Source: Octopus vulgaris (Eukaryota). Taken from it: DNA of 64,000 nucleotides. Location: contig OX597821.1 in assembly GCA_951406725.2 (NCBI GenBank), positions 31,372,001 through 31,436,000 of the forward strand, read 5' to 3'. Both the position numbers and the translations under genes were made by a program. Below, piece by piece: positions 26,523-40,172 of the stretch (position 1 is its first letter; each line of letters starts with the position of its first letter). Below the pieces are notes generated by a model, which was given only the letters and a program-made list of their open reading frames with translations, did not search any database and was not told the DNA's origin.

Positions 26523-29500
26523 TAGTTTTATTTTTATAGCGTGCTTTCACTTCACTACCGAGCGCAGCTCTGTGTGCCTTGGGTATGTGCTGTGATTTGT
26601 TGTGATGCTGTGATGGTTATTGTATGGAAAGTGTTCTGCGTAGGATGTGTGCAGTGCCTAGTAGTGCAATTTTCTGTATGTTATATGTGTTTGTAAGTCC
26701 TATAGTTTTTGTTATGTATTTGTCTGACTATTTTTTTATCATGCCTAATGCACCTACTATGTTAGGAATTGTTTGTTTTCAGATTCCACATTCTAGTTAC
26801 CTCTATTTCCAGGTCTTTGTATTTTGAGAGTTTCTCCATTTCTTTTAGAGACACGTTGTCATCAGCCGGTATTGATACATCAATTCGAAAGCATTTTTTT
26901 TCTTCATGATCTCTGAGAACTATATCTGGTCTGTTCACCTTAATTTCTCTATCTGTGTGTATCGGCATATCCCAGAGTATGGTTGCTTTCTCGTTTTCTG
27001 TGACCATTTCTGGTGTGTGCCTATACCATCTTTTTTCTGTTGTTATTCCATAATGTTGGCATAGCTTCCAATGTATGTAGGTTCCAACTCTGTCATGTCT
27101 GTGAATATATTCCTTCTTAGCCAGGACTGGGCAGCTAGAGATAATATGATTTATTGTTTCTTGTCCATCTCCACATATTCTGCAGTTACTTGTAATATTT
27201 CTTTTCATTACATGTTTTTGGTAATTTCTGGTGGGGAGGCTTTGGTCTTGTGCTGCAATTAAAAATCTCTCTGTTTCTGCTTTGAGTCCTGAGCTTCTCA
27301 ACCATTGCTGGGATTTTTCTGTGTCTATTTCTTTTGCGTTTAGTTTAGTCCAGTATTTACCATGAAGGGGCTTTTCTTGCCATCGTTTTATCATGGCTCG
27401 TTGCTGTTCTATTTTTACTTTGGATTTCATTTGTTTTATAGCTTTTGTTGTTTCTTCATCTTCTTCTTCTTCTTTGTGTTTATTAGGTGGTATGATTTCT
27501 TGTTTGTATTTGTCAGCTTCCTTAAATGCTGAGAACAGTTTTTTTGTTTTGCTCGTGTTTTGCCGCTATCTGGATCAGTTTTCCTTCCTTCTGAAGTAGA
27601 TATTTTTGCAGTCCTATGGTGGTTATTTTATAGTAGTTTTCCAGCTGTATAAGGCCTCTACCACCTTCTATACGTTGTATATATAGTCTTTCTATGTCAG
27701 ATTTTGGGTGATGCATCCTAGATCCTGTCAGTATTTTTCTTGTTTTCCTATCTATTTTGGTCAGTTCATTTCGTGTCCAGTTAAGGATATTGTAGCTGTA
27801 ACTTATAACTGGGATAGCTAAAGTGTTGATACCTATTATCTTGTTTTTAGCATTAAGCTCTGTGTTTAGTATTGATCTAACTCGTCTATAATATTCTTTT
27901 TTTATTTTCTCTTTCATTTGTGTGTGTTGTGTCTTATCTAGTTCTTGGATTCCTAAGTATTTGTAAGTTTGGCTTTGGTCTAATTCTTTTATTTCATTGG
28001 TTTTATCTAGTGTGATGTTGTTACTCTTAACTAGTTTTCCTCTTTTCATGGTTACTTTGGCGCATTTTTCTAATCCAAATTCCATATCTATTTCTTTGGT
28101 GAATCCATGAACTGTCTTTAATAGTGTTTCCAGCTGTTTGTCATTTGCAGCGTATAGTTTTAGGTCATCCATATATAAAAGGTGGCTGATCGTTTTGCCG
28201 TAACATTTATATCCGCATCCAGTTCTATTTAGCATATCAGATAGAGGTGACAGTGCCAAGCAGAAAAGGAGTGGAGAGAGCGTGTCTCCCTGGAATATTC
28301 CTCTTCTAATGGGGATGTCTTTGCTTTTCATGAGTCCCTCTTTTGTTTGGAGGTGTAGGACTGTTTGCCATTTATTCATAGAGTGCTCTATGCATTTTAT
28401 GATTGTTGGTGCTACTTTGTTAATAGCTAGTGTTTCGAGAATCCATGTGTGGGGGATGCTATCAAACGCCTTTTTGTAGTCAATCCAGGCCATACTGAGG
28501 CCTTTCGTCTTTCTGCAGTTATGGCTTTATTTCGTCTTCAGTTATGGCTTTATTAATCATTAGTTGATCTTTACGGCCATATGAGCCTTTGCGGCATCCT
28601 TTCTGCTCTTCTGGGAACAGTTTGTTTTCGTCCAGGTGCTTGTTCAGCCTTTGTGATATCACTGCAGTAAATGCCTTGAACATAGTAGGGAGGCAGGTTA
28701 TGGTCTGTAGTTTTCTCTTTCATTTGTGTGTGTTGTGTCTTATCTAGTTCTTGGATTCCTAAGTATTTGTAAGTTTGGCTTTGGTCTAATTCTTTTATTT
28801 CATTGGTTTTATCTAGTGTGATGTTGTTACTCTTAACTAGTTTTCCTCTTTTCATGGTTACTTTGGCGCATTTTTCTAATCCAAATTCCATATCTATTTC
28901 TTTGGTGAATCCATGAACTGTCTTTAATAGTGTTTCCAGCTGTTTGTCATTTGCAGCGTATAGTTTTAGGTCATCCATATATAAAAGGTGGCTGATCGTT
29001 TTGCCGTAACATTTATATCCGCATCCAGTTCTATTTAGCATATCAGATAGAGGTGACAGTGCCAAGCAGAAAAGGAGTGGAGAGAGCGTGTCTCCCTGGA
29101 ATATTCCTCTTCTAATGGGGATGTTCCTTTGCTTTTCATGAGTCCCTCTTTTGTTTGGAGGTGTAGGACTGTTTGCCATTTATTCATAGAGTGCTCTATG
29201 CATTTTATGATTGTTGGTGCTACTTTGTTAATAGCTAGTGTTTCGAGAATCCATGTGTGGGGGATGCTATCAAACGCCTTTTTGTAGTCAATCCAGGCCA
29301 TACTGAGGCCTTTCGTCTTTCTGCAGTTATGGCTTTATTTCGTCTTCAGTTATGGCTTTATTAATCATTAGTTGATCTTTACGGCCATATGAGCCTTTGC
29401 GGCATCCTTTCTGCTCTTCTGGGAACAGTTTGTTTTCGTCCAGGTGCTTGTTCAGCCTTTGTGATATCACTGCAGTAAATGCCTTGAACATAGTAGGGAG

Positions 29501-29716
29501 GCAGGTTATGGTCTGTAGTTTTCTGGTTTTTCTGTTTCATTTGATTTGGGAATTAAGATGGTTTTCCCCTTCGTGAGCCATTCAGGCATTGTCTCTGGCT
29601 CTGCTAGTACGTTGTTAAAGTTTTCAGCCAGCTTTTTGTGCATTCCTGTTAGATATTTCAACCAGAAGTTGGGGATCTTGTCATGCCCAGGTGCCTTCCA
29701 GTTGCTTAGTCTTTGT
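26519..29716 (-). mobile_element. R4/Dong-clade non-LTR retrotransposon (RT, CCHC, restriction-like endonuclease); 5'-truncated, frameshifted, internally duplicated
   Basis: RT motifs AWIDYKKAFDSIPH, GIFQGDTLSPLLF and YMDDLKLY. Zinc knuckle CRICGDGQETINHIISSC, plus RHD, RPDI and KLSKYKDL. AATAAA near the 3' end. (TTA)n on both flanks, the known Dong target. Confidence 0.92.
27905..29518. repeat. ~806-bp tandem duplication of the RT region inside the LINE
   Basis: 27905-28710 and 28711-29518 are near-identical, with 6-bp ttttct microhomology at the junction. Confidence 0.9.
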
Positions 29717-29718
29717 TA

Positions 29719-29826
<108 letters not shown>

Positions 29827-29829
29827 AAT

Positions 29830-30130
29830 ACCCCGTGGACATATGGCGTAGTGGTTAAGAGCGTGGGTTACTAACCCCAAGATTCCGAGTTCGATTCCGG
29901 GCAGTGACCTGAAAAATAATAATAATGATAATGATGATGATTATAACATCAACAAATACCTTAGGAATGGGAACCCAGGTTCAAAATTTCCCCAAGATAC
30001 CTGGAGGCTCTATCAACCGAAACGTTGTGTTAGCAACAAACAAGATGAGGACAAATATCCGTCAAATTTCCGTCAAATGTAAATAATGTAAATAACATAC
30101 TTAACTTCTCATCCCTTAAATATAGAGCTG
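29830..30130 (+). mobile_element. tRNA-derived SINE head + (AAT)n + Penelope-pLTR-like tail
   Basis: A-box tggcgtagtgg and B-box gttcgattcc, then an AAT/GAT tract. The tail is homologous to 26185-26345 but lacks part of the HHR core (cctg[..]gaggctctatcaaccGAAAcgttgtgtt). Confidence 0.75.
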
Positions 30131-30157
30131 CCTTCATTTGTCCTTCTTTCACAATCG

Positions 30158-30380
30158 TACGAGCTGGCAGAAACGTTAGCAATCCGGGCGAAATGCTGAA
30201 CGATATTTCGTCTATCTTTATGTTCTGAGTTCAATTTCCGCCGAAGTCGACTTTGCCTTTCATCTTTTCGGGTTCAAATAAGTACCAGTTACGCACTGGG
30301 GTCGATGTAATCGATTTAATCTCCTTCTCTGTCCTTCTTTGCCCCCTCTATGTCAACCCCCCTGTGAGCAATAAAGAGAT
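30158..30380 (+). mobile_element. SINE family B
   Basis: cgagctggcagaaacgttagc...gagttcaatttccgccgaagtcgactttgcc...gcaataaagag. Confidence 0.85.
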
Positions 30381-32874
30381 TTATATATATTGTGTACGTA
30401 CATTATGGCTGTTCTTTGATGCAGTCATATTCTCCTCATAAACCGGCTTGAACCCATGTTTACTCCACAGGCAATCATAGGGCGTCTTAAAAACTGTGCA
30501 TTAATTTCGACATCATTGCCGTTGCCTATTATTAGTTATTATTATATTTTTATCTTTGTATTTGATCGCTTCTCCTCTGACGCTGTTTTCCACGCAATGT
30601 CTCTGGATATTATGAATTAAATTGTAGACAAACCAATTGAATACATCGAGGTTACCTTGTATTTTAGATGTAACTGATATAAAAGTGTCTGGAATGGTTA
30701 TATGCCTTTCGCAATTTCAGTTACCCAGACTGAATTAATGTGCTGTCTTTTGAAGATTTTATTGGATTTTTGAAAACACTTCATATATAGTTTGCGCTAC
30801 TATATATGTGCATTTTGCTTGCTTTGTAATTACTGAGATCACTTTGAAACCTCTTCAATGAGTAGATTACTCTCACGTTAATTTTCAATGAATTGTCTCA
30901 GGCTAAAACAATTTCTGGCAACAAAAGTGGCGCCATGCCATTGCTGTTCGTCATACATTATATATTTCAATCTCCTCTTGAAATAGCGTGGAAAATGGTA
31001 CATCTATATTTTTTGGAACATTCATGAGATCTTATCCGTTGTCTAAATGGCTAAAATTACCATGTGAATAGCTGATATACATTTAAATTCTCCAATTTTT
31101 TTGTTAACCTATTTTAAATATTGCTTTTATGAATTCATCGAAGTGTTTCTACTCTGCCTGGAAACCTTTTCAACCGTATATCCAATCACCTGTGGCAGGC
31201 AGAGATTCTAATACTATATCAAAACATGAAACATAATTGTATCAAGCATAGCCACCCACATATTGAAGTAAAATCTGCATTCATTCTTACCTGAACAATA
31301 TATATGAACAGGGTCATACTACTATTTCTTATCAAATGACGGCGAACTAATAGAACAATGAAATAAGCTTCCTATCTACGCAAAACACCATTTGTATTTT
31401 CTCTATGTGATGATACTCTAAAAGCAAGCATCTGTGTCAAAACCGATGTTGCCCCCTTTCGCCTGTATTTCTCTATACATCCGCATATTAAATAGTTCAT
31501 GCATTTCATGTTTTATTTTGGACACTCGAGAATCCATTCGTACACCAAATCAAAGGAAGTCCATTGGTATGCATATTATATCAGCCTTTAATCCTCTCAG
31601 AAAATTTGTATTTGTATGCAAGCAGCATCCATATGCAAACAAATCACCTCACGGCAAGCACATTTTAATTCCATGTAACTGAGCTTGTAAATATCCTCAA
31701 TATTTTTAGCATAATTTTACTTCTTTCACTAAACAAACATACGATGACTACACTTAAACGTTGAGAATATTGCAAACATACAAGAACTACAAAACTCAAT
31801 GATTTTACTAACCAGAAACCTAACTTCTCCATCGCCGATGGCTGATGCTGAGTAGTACATATCTTTATCAAACAAAGTGTACGGGCATCAAAAATACATT
31901 TTTTGGGGCTTCGGGAAAGAATCTAATACTGCTCACAATAATATATACACATCAGCAAAAGTCCGAAGAGAATATCAGAGAAACACAGCCGTCACACATT
32001 AGGAATATCTGTTAATAATTTATTAGGGACCGACTGAATAAGATATATTTGCTTGTTATTTATGTAAGTCATTTTTGCTGGTGAGGTTTTGCTCGTTATT
32101 CATGTAACCAAAGCCAAATATTCGTATTCTTGATGAATTTTTAATGAAGGTGATTCATGTATGAATGAATGAATAATTATCAACAAATATATAATCTCTA
32201 ATATAGTGAGGATGAATAAAAGTTTGATTCAATGGTTATTGTTTGGTTGGTGTTTCTGTGCACATTGTGTAACGCAGTTGAAACGTTGTTATTCAATTAA
32301 AACCACTATTAATTATTTATTTTGGTCACTACTTAATGATACATTTAGAAATACATTTTTTGACGAAGTACAGTTATATATTCATGTATCATATTCATTA
32401 CTCACAAACGTTGCAGATTTTGTTTGATACTGTCAGGAAAGCTATATATTGATATGCCAATCGTGTAACTAGGCGACATGATAATTTACTCGTATTCATT
32501 TGTCATCGACTTAAATTCATTTTCCCCAAAGTGAATTTCCTGAGGTGCTACTTTAAAAGATTTTCAATATAGCTTGTCAGCTCCTGCCATACGAAAAGTT
32601 TTACCAGTGTGATATGCCCCCGTGGACCGTTCCGCATAGCCATATTTACAAATAGCTTTTCATCAAATCTGTCAAAATTTTATCCCAAAGAGAATAGATT
32701 ATTTAGAATTACGTTACATCTCCGTATGCATTCTCAAAAGTTATCATTTATTGTTATTTCAAAGTGAAGATGCTTTTAAAAAAATAATCTTCCGTAAATG
32801 ATATTGCTTCATGTTAGAAAATTATAAACTATATATAACTAATATATAAACTATATATAACTATATATAACTAT

Positions 32875-32936
32875 AAATGGCGGTGCCCCAGCATGGCCAC
32901 AGCTCATAAGCTGAAACTAGAATCAATCAATCAATC
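32875..32936 (+). mobile_element. Extreme 3' tip of the CR1-like LINE seen at 1456-2071
   Basis: aaatggcggtgccccagcatggccacagctcataagctgaaactag followed by (AATC)n. Confidence 0.75.
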
Positions 32937-33798
32937 ATAATATTAAAATTAAATGTTTTACATGTGACAGTAGATAAATTACTCCGAATACGTGTTAAGT
33001 TGTTTCTATAATCCAAGCTGTATTATTTCAAATTTAATGTAAAATTATTCAGGATATTTAGTATGATTCTTTACCGCGAACCTTCAAGTTTATCCCGCTA
33101 TACTGTTTCTAGAAACAAAAGTATGAAATAAGATTTTGATCTTGTCTAACAGTAGACCAGACGACTGGAGCTAGAAACAAATACAAACTAGGAATTGGTG
33201 AAATAGAAAAACTTATTCATACATAACGAAGTCACATCTCATAAACGTGTAAATTCATTTTCTTGACAATTTCGGCGCTTCATCCTCGAAAATATAATCG
33301 AGCTGATTGCAACTCAGTACATTTCTTGACCGTACTGTCACTTGGCAATTAAACGACGAACCTAGAAGGGTTTCGTCGTAAATGCATATCAATGCCATGT
33401 GTTTAAGTTTCCATAGTATATTTCAGATTAAAAGGTGATATTCGCCACGAAATTTACTATAGTTTCTGAAGATTTTGCTAAGACGAATTTACTGTCAAAT
33501 GACACAGCATTATGAGAGGTGACAAGGCATTGACTGTTATGAACAGATGGTGTAAAAATGAAGATGAAATACGACATAGATCCTTAGGATGCGTGTAAAT
33601 ATGACGTACAAACGTCCGGATTACGTATTATTTACACACATACACGCATGCACACATGCACACACAAGCACACATAGACGTTCACCTGCGCGTTTACAGA
33701 TGTATGCGCGTATACTTCAAAAGAATTATGTCACATACATAAAGGTAAAATATGTGCAAAAGAAAGAAAGAGACCTCAGTATTATGTAAACAGAGATG

Positions 33799-33868
33799 GC
33801 CAGATAACCGAAGAGATGGTGTTCTGGAATTCCACCTCGGCATCCGAAACTCAGAGTTTTATCTTGGC
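33799..33868 (+). ncRNA. Type I hammerhead ribozyme, C4 core variant
   Basis: agataa-CCGAAGA-gatg...catc-c-GAAA-ctcagag-TT-ttatct, with a 6-bp stem I. A rearranged second copy lies at 11410-11490. Adjacent to (TA)n. Confidence 0.7.
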
Positions 33869-33889
33869 TATTGAATAATTGTCACATAT

Positions 33890-33952
<63 letters not shown>

Positions 33953-35520
33953 GCACGGTGTTAATATTTCATACACAGAAACTTGTATCTTTAAAGATTC
34001 AATCTAATCCTGCAGAACCAACAACATTTGACAACAAGAAAACTCGTGTTGTGATACAGTCCGCTCCTAGAAGATTAATAAATAAAATTCATGTTCTTAG
34101 TGTATGCACATCTCTTATTGCATCAACGAAATCAGAGCGAAACATAAACACATACATAATCCAAGCGTAAAAACATATATTCATATTCCCTTTTTCGCAC
34201 ACCAACAAAGGCATCTACAATCAGCTTGTTTATAGTTTTAACATACTACATACCAACTCAAAATACTGGAGAAAATTTACATCTGAAATAAGATTACAAT
34301 TAGCATACCTTCCATTTTTTTTATTAGAAGAATAAAGAACCGGCATGCATTATGCCTAGATATAATGTAAATAATGAAATTCCGTAAAGTTATGTTGTCT
34401 GAAGATTCACAGAGTAAAGAAGATCTCCAATATGAAGTAATGCACAGTGCATTTGCATAAACAATGTGACTAAGCGCATGTGCAGAACCAAATAATGAGA
34501 GAGAGTGAGTGAGGGAGATAGAGAGCGAGAAAGAGAGAAAGAGAGCGCGGATGATCCCTGTTGTACAATAATAGGGATTGAATTGTTAGATGAAGTGAAT
34601 ACTCGGTTTGTTTTAATTAATACGTAAATAGCTGGGTATATCTCACACTTGTGTATCTTAACATCATTTCGCAGACAGAATCTGTTTGCTACAGAGTGTA
34701 AAAATGATGTACATTTGACGTTTTTTGTATTCATGTGATAGCCGATAGCATCCGACATAATTTTATTCACAAGGTGTGTGCCGAATGCTGGAATTAAAAA
34801 TGATATTTGGGTAAGTAGTTAACCAGTGCGAGTGAAATATACATCTTGTTGCAAATTTGCCATTTTAAATATTCAGCAATATGACAATTATATATTCATA
34901 TGTGCGTGTATGAGGGCGTATGTGTGTGTCTTTGTGTATTTGTGTTTGTGTGCGTGTGTGTGTGTGTCTTTGTGTGTCTGCACGCAGAGGTGCATTTGTA
35001 TGTGTATGAGTATAAGTTTCTAGGTGTAATTTCATTAGAATGTATTTATGTGCATGTATGTTCGTTTGTATATTTGTGTATGCTTCTAACGGCGTGCGAA
35101 ATTTTGTGAGTGTGTACTGGTACATGCGTTAGAGTGTAGATATATATGAATTCGTGTATTGATTACAGTTGATCGTAAAATTAAGAAAAAAATTTAAAGT
35201 AAATAACGTGATCTTGTCAATAACAGTAAGTTAAACACTTCAAACCACTGGAGATTTCCAAGTATCGGTGTGAGAAAACCTACAGTGGAATGACAAGTGT
35301 TAATTGGATTCGACAAGGTTTATAATTGAAATTTGGTAATTGAAAACCAGCGCTAAAATGAATTTACAACTCCTATAGCCGGAAATGAAATCCTTTGAAA
35401 GAAAACAATAACGCAAACACATTACTAGCATATTGTGAGTTAAATCTTACAGGTATTGTAGGCCAAATGTTTGCTATGAAATAAGAGAAATACCAGAAAC
35501 CATAATATCCCTCAGTTATT

Positions 35521-35924
35521 CTCTTTTACTTGTTTCAGTCATTTGACTATGGTCATGCTGGAGCATCGCCTTTAGTCGAGCAAATCGACCCCAGGACTTA
35601 TTTTTTTGTAAGCCTATTACTTATTCTATCGGACTCTATTGCCGAACCGCTAAGTTACGAGGACGTAAACATACTACCATCGGTTGTCAAGCGATATTGG
35701 GAGACAAACACAAACACATAAATACATACACATACATATATACATATATATACATATATACAACGGGCTTCTTTCAGTTTCCGTCTACCAAATCCACTCA
35801 CAAGGCTTTGGTCGGCCCGAGGCTATAGTAGAAGACACTTACCCAAGGTGCCACGCTGTGGGAATGAACCCGGAACCATGTGGTTGGTAAGAAGGCTACT
35901 TACCACACAGCTACTTCTGCGCCT
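35521..35924 (-). mobile_element. SINE family A, full length
   Basis: Reverse complement of the family consensus over its whole length. Confidence 0.9.
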
Positions 35925-36236
35925 ATATATTATCTTGTTTTCTTAAATTCAGAAAATAAATATAATAGATAAAAATGAATGTCTTCAAATAGAAATGTCC
36001 ATCTTTATGTATGTATCTTTGTCTGGCACTCTTCTTCATCTAATCGCGTTCAGTACCTCACGTTTATGATACATGCTATGCATCAACATGTTAGTATAAC
36101 ATCATTGTTCTTAGCTAGAAGGTTAAAGTGTGTTCCAGAGTTTTATTGATTTCTACTAAGTTGTTTTCTTACAATTTACAGAAGAATCGTTCTCACGTTC
36201 AGTTTAAATTCAGGTAATTATTTTCTCTTTTTTTTT

Positions 36237-36628
36237 AGTGCCTGTGTGGTAAGTAGCTTGTTTACCAACCTCATGCTTCTGGGTTCAGTCCCATTGCGTG
36301 GCACCTTGGGCAAGTGTCTTCTACTATAGCCTCGGGCCGACCAAAGCCTTGTGAGTGGATTTGGTAGACGGAAACTGAAAGAAGCTTGTCGTATATATGT
36401 ATATGTATGTGTGTGTGTGTCTGTGTTTGTCCCCCTAGCATTGCTTGACAACCGACGCTGGTGTGTTTATGTCCCCGTCACTTAGCGGTTCGGCAAAAGA
36501 GACCTATAGAATAAGTACTGGGCTTACAAAGAATAAGTCCCGGGGTCGATTTGCTCGACTAAAGGCGGTGCTCCAGCATGGCCGCAGTCAAATGACTGAA
36601 ACAAGTAAAAGAGAAAAGAGTAAAGAGT
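36237..36628 (+). mobile_element. SINE family A, full length
   Basis: ctgtgtggtaagtagc...accttgggcaagt...aaggcggtgctccagcatggccgcagtcaaatgactgaaacaagtaaaagag. Confidence 0.9.
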
Positions 36629-36949
36629 ATAAGTTTTCTTCATACAAATCACACAACTGATAGCTGTTCACTGTCTGCAAGGTAACTATTTTCGATGTAG
36701 CTTAACTCCGGTAAAAAGAAGAAAGAGATAATAATCATCTATTATAAATATAATAAACAATTTATTTGTTCAATTTTTCAACGATATAGATTTCATAATA
36801 CCTCGAATTTTCTCATGAATTGCAAATATACTGATACCTTCTGTTCCTTATAAATACAAATTCAGGTCGTTTAAGTTCGAAAAAATATCTGCCAAATACG
36901 TAAGCCTCAGAATAAATTCTTCGTCGCACAAATATTTCGTAATTTTATA

Positions 36950-37019
36950 ACTTTTTGCGACCCACTAAAATTCCGTTCGCGACCCATCTTTGGGCCGCGA
37001 CTCAGTTTGGGAATCACTG
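36950..37019 (+). mobile_element. Possible hAT (Charlie-like) terminal remnant
   Basis: gcgaccca subterminal repeats and the end cagtttgggaatcactg resemble hAT-Charlie termini. I found no matching left end. Confidence 0.4.
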
Positions 37020-38771
37020 ATATAGAATATAAATTTTGAAAGATCATCACCAACTATAACACGATTAATTTTACTAAGGATATATATGTAACGGACGAGT
37101 TAAAAACACATGAATGAAGCTGGATTATGAAATATAAAAAAAAAATATTAGGATCTGCTTACCAACCACATGGTTCCGGGTTCATATTAGGATCTTGTCA
37201 TTTCTGATTTTACGTACTAATAATGTTTGAAGGTATTTTTTAATTGATGGTGTTTCCACGGCTATTGATGCAAATTTCAACTGGTTCAGATCACATATGC
37301 ACGACGACAAAAATGCACAGTGAAGGATACCTAAGCACAAACACACACACACACAAACTCACGAAAAAACATACACATACACACGCATTTATGTAATAGA
37401 TGCATAGATAGAGGGATAGATAGAGAGATGTATAGATATAAACATATGTATGTATTACATGTATATATGTGTGTGTATTCATTATGCTGCAACTCAAATG
37501 GAAAGAAATAATTACCAATTGTGTGATATAGTATTCGATTGGTTTGTAATTATAGTCATCAGTATACCTGTTTCTCTATCACAAAAGAGCAGGCAGCAGG
37601 ATACCATTATTTGTGAGAAAACGCGTTAATATAGGTATATCATTTATAACGAAGAATTATGGAAATATACGTAAACTTAAGCTGTATTATAAAGCTGAAA
37701 CATGTGAGCAATTTGAAAAAAATCTAAGAGAAAGTATACAATTTTATGTTGATGTATGCAATGAGCTGCCATGGAATTTGTAATCTCTAAAATGCAATGG
37801 TAAATGATCAGTGTTACGTATATTTTCATAAATGTGTTCATATAAGCATTGCATTGTTTCTTCTTTTTATAGATGACTGAAGATTCTGGGTCATTTCTAG
37901 CAGGAAGAAAGTAACGAGTTATTCTATGTTCCAATAACTCCATTTGTTATAGAACAGACAATATGTTGCAGATGGAAAATTTTCGCTAGTCAAAGCTGTT
38001 TTACCATCCTAGATTTAACAGGAATGCATCCGGTAACTACATGGACTTTAAAATCAGAATATTAATGTAGACCTTATCATGAGCAGGGATATTGTTCTCA
38101 GTACTGCAGAATATGTGTTTTCTTCGATTATTGGTGGCTTTAATATTTTGATAACATTTCTTTTATCCCTGGACAAAATGTAAGAATTTGTTAATTTCCA
38201 TGTTACATGTAAGCGTTTTGATATCCCTTGAATGTTGTGTCTCAGGAAAGACTCTTGGTTATAAAATATTTGCTTCAATTCACCTTTCGCATTAACAATT
38301 CCATATTTTCCTATCGATCAACATGTTTTACAAGCTATTTATATGGTTTCAAAATTGTACACAACCAATTTTGTGTTTTGCACCCAATCAAATGGATACA
38401 CTTCCAATTTCTTTATCAGCAATCTTTAATTAGACTATTTGTGTGCCTGTTTTCTCACTCTGTCTGAATCAAGCAAATCCTGATGAAAAGCATGACGCCA
38501 CAATGGCATAAATCACAACACACTAATCGACGAAAACGGAAAGGGAATGCTGGCAAATTGAGATAAAACAAATTTTCACATTTCTTATGATAGATTGTAT
38601 TCGTACAGTATACATTTTTCAGGGTCTCATACAAAAACAGATATGCATAGGTGAATTCATATATAAATATATGCGTGTGTGTGCATGCAACCACATCTTC
38701 ATATGCGGTGTTTAAATGTATACACGTAACTTAATACATATATATCTAGACATTTATACGTATAAAGTTAA

Positions 38772-38806
<35 letters not shown>

Positions 38807-38869
38807 GGTCCCGGGTTGAGTCGGGGTTAACCACAGTAAATAAGGTACTCAATACATAGCAGAGTAAAT

Positions 38870-38968
38870 TAATTTATTATATAGAAGGAGCTTCTACAGG
38901 ACTACAACTGTTTCCTGATGATTTCTTTTGAATGAAACAGTTCTAGTCCTGTAGAAGCTCCTTCTATA

Positions 38969-38978
<10 letters not shown>
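38870..38978. repeat. 45-bp-arm hairpin whose loop carries a hammerhead core
   Basis: 38870-38914 pairs with 38934-38978 (one mismatch). The loop CTGATGA-t-ttc tttt gaa-t is followed by GAAA. It lies in a (TA)n-flanked insert at 38805-38978. Confidence 0.8.
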
Positions 38979-39010
<32 letters not shown>

Positions 39011-39152
39011 TATACATTAACACGCCCGCATACACACATATGCATACATACATACATATATATATATACATACATATATATATAAATATATATATATACA
39101 TATATATGTATATATATACATACATACATAAATATAAATATATATATATATG

Positions 39153-39229
<77 letters not shown>

Positions 39230-39237
<8 letters not shown>

Positions 39238-40035
39238 GCCCTCCCATCGGACACCTCATCCGAACATGTACAAACATATGCATATCTGTATAAATGAAGG
39301 AGACATGTGCATGAAAGTCACGCATACGCACCGGACACTTTCTTACATACATATACACACACGCACACATTCACACAATCAAAAAGGAAGAGGATAAAAA
39401 GAAAACGCAAGAAATTAAAAGTTAATGGAAGTTAAAATATATGGGAAAACCTGGGCAGGTATATACTAAAAGTGCGGATTATAGCTGTGATTTTGGGGGA
39501 CCCAGAACAGTAATAAATACGTTGTGACAGCGGACACGATCCAAAATGTACAGTTCTTGAATTTAGACATGTAGCAATGTTCAAGAAACTTTTCCAGATG
39601 AGTCATCTTACCATATTACAAAGACTCCTCTTGCCACTACCAATTGTGGATCATGTCTACCTGTCACAAAATATCTGTTAGGGTTTGGGTCCCTCCAAAA
39701 TCACGACTACAATCAACATTTTACTATGTTCCTGCACAAGCTTTCCTATATATTTTAACTTTCATTAAACTTTAATTTCCTATGTTTTCTTTTTAATATA
39801 TATATTTTTTCATTTTTTCCTTTTCTTTCTTAATTGTATGAAAGTTTACGTTTGTGTAGAGATGCATGCATATATTTTATATGTATATGTTTGTGTGGAT
39901 ATGTATGTATATGAGTGTAAGTCAGTGTCCGGTGCATATGTGTACCTTTCGTGCATAGGTTCTCTTCATTTATGCAGCATGTGTTTGTACATGTGCGGGT
40001 GTACGTGTGTGATGAGATGGGGGCGTGTATATATA
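39230..40035. repeat. Long imperfect inverted repeat (fold-back), ~800 bp
   Basis: Paired blocks include acatgtacaaaca / tgtttgtacatgt, gcaccggacact / agtgtccggtgc, aagttaaaatatat / atatattttaactt, gtgattttgg / ccaaaatcac and ttgtgacag / ctgtcacaa. Confidence 0.85.
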
Positions 40036-40172
40036 TAGATATACATATATATGTGCATGTGTGGGTATGCGGGAGTATGAATGTATATCTGTATGAATAT
40101 ATATATTTATATATATACTAGCAGCATAGCCCGGCGTTGCCCGGGTATGTAAGAGCCCCTAGTAGGCAACGA

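Noticed and set aside
29840-29912. Functional tRNA gene
   Set aside because: A and B boxes are present, but there is no convincing acceptor stem and it runs into a repeat tail, so it is a SINE head. The same applies to 62440-62510.
32580-32660. HTGKTFRMAG on the minus strand as a P-loop/kinesin exon
   Set aside because: It is a short isolated match followed by a stop, with no supporting motifs or splice context.
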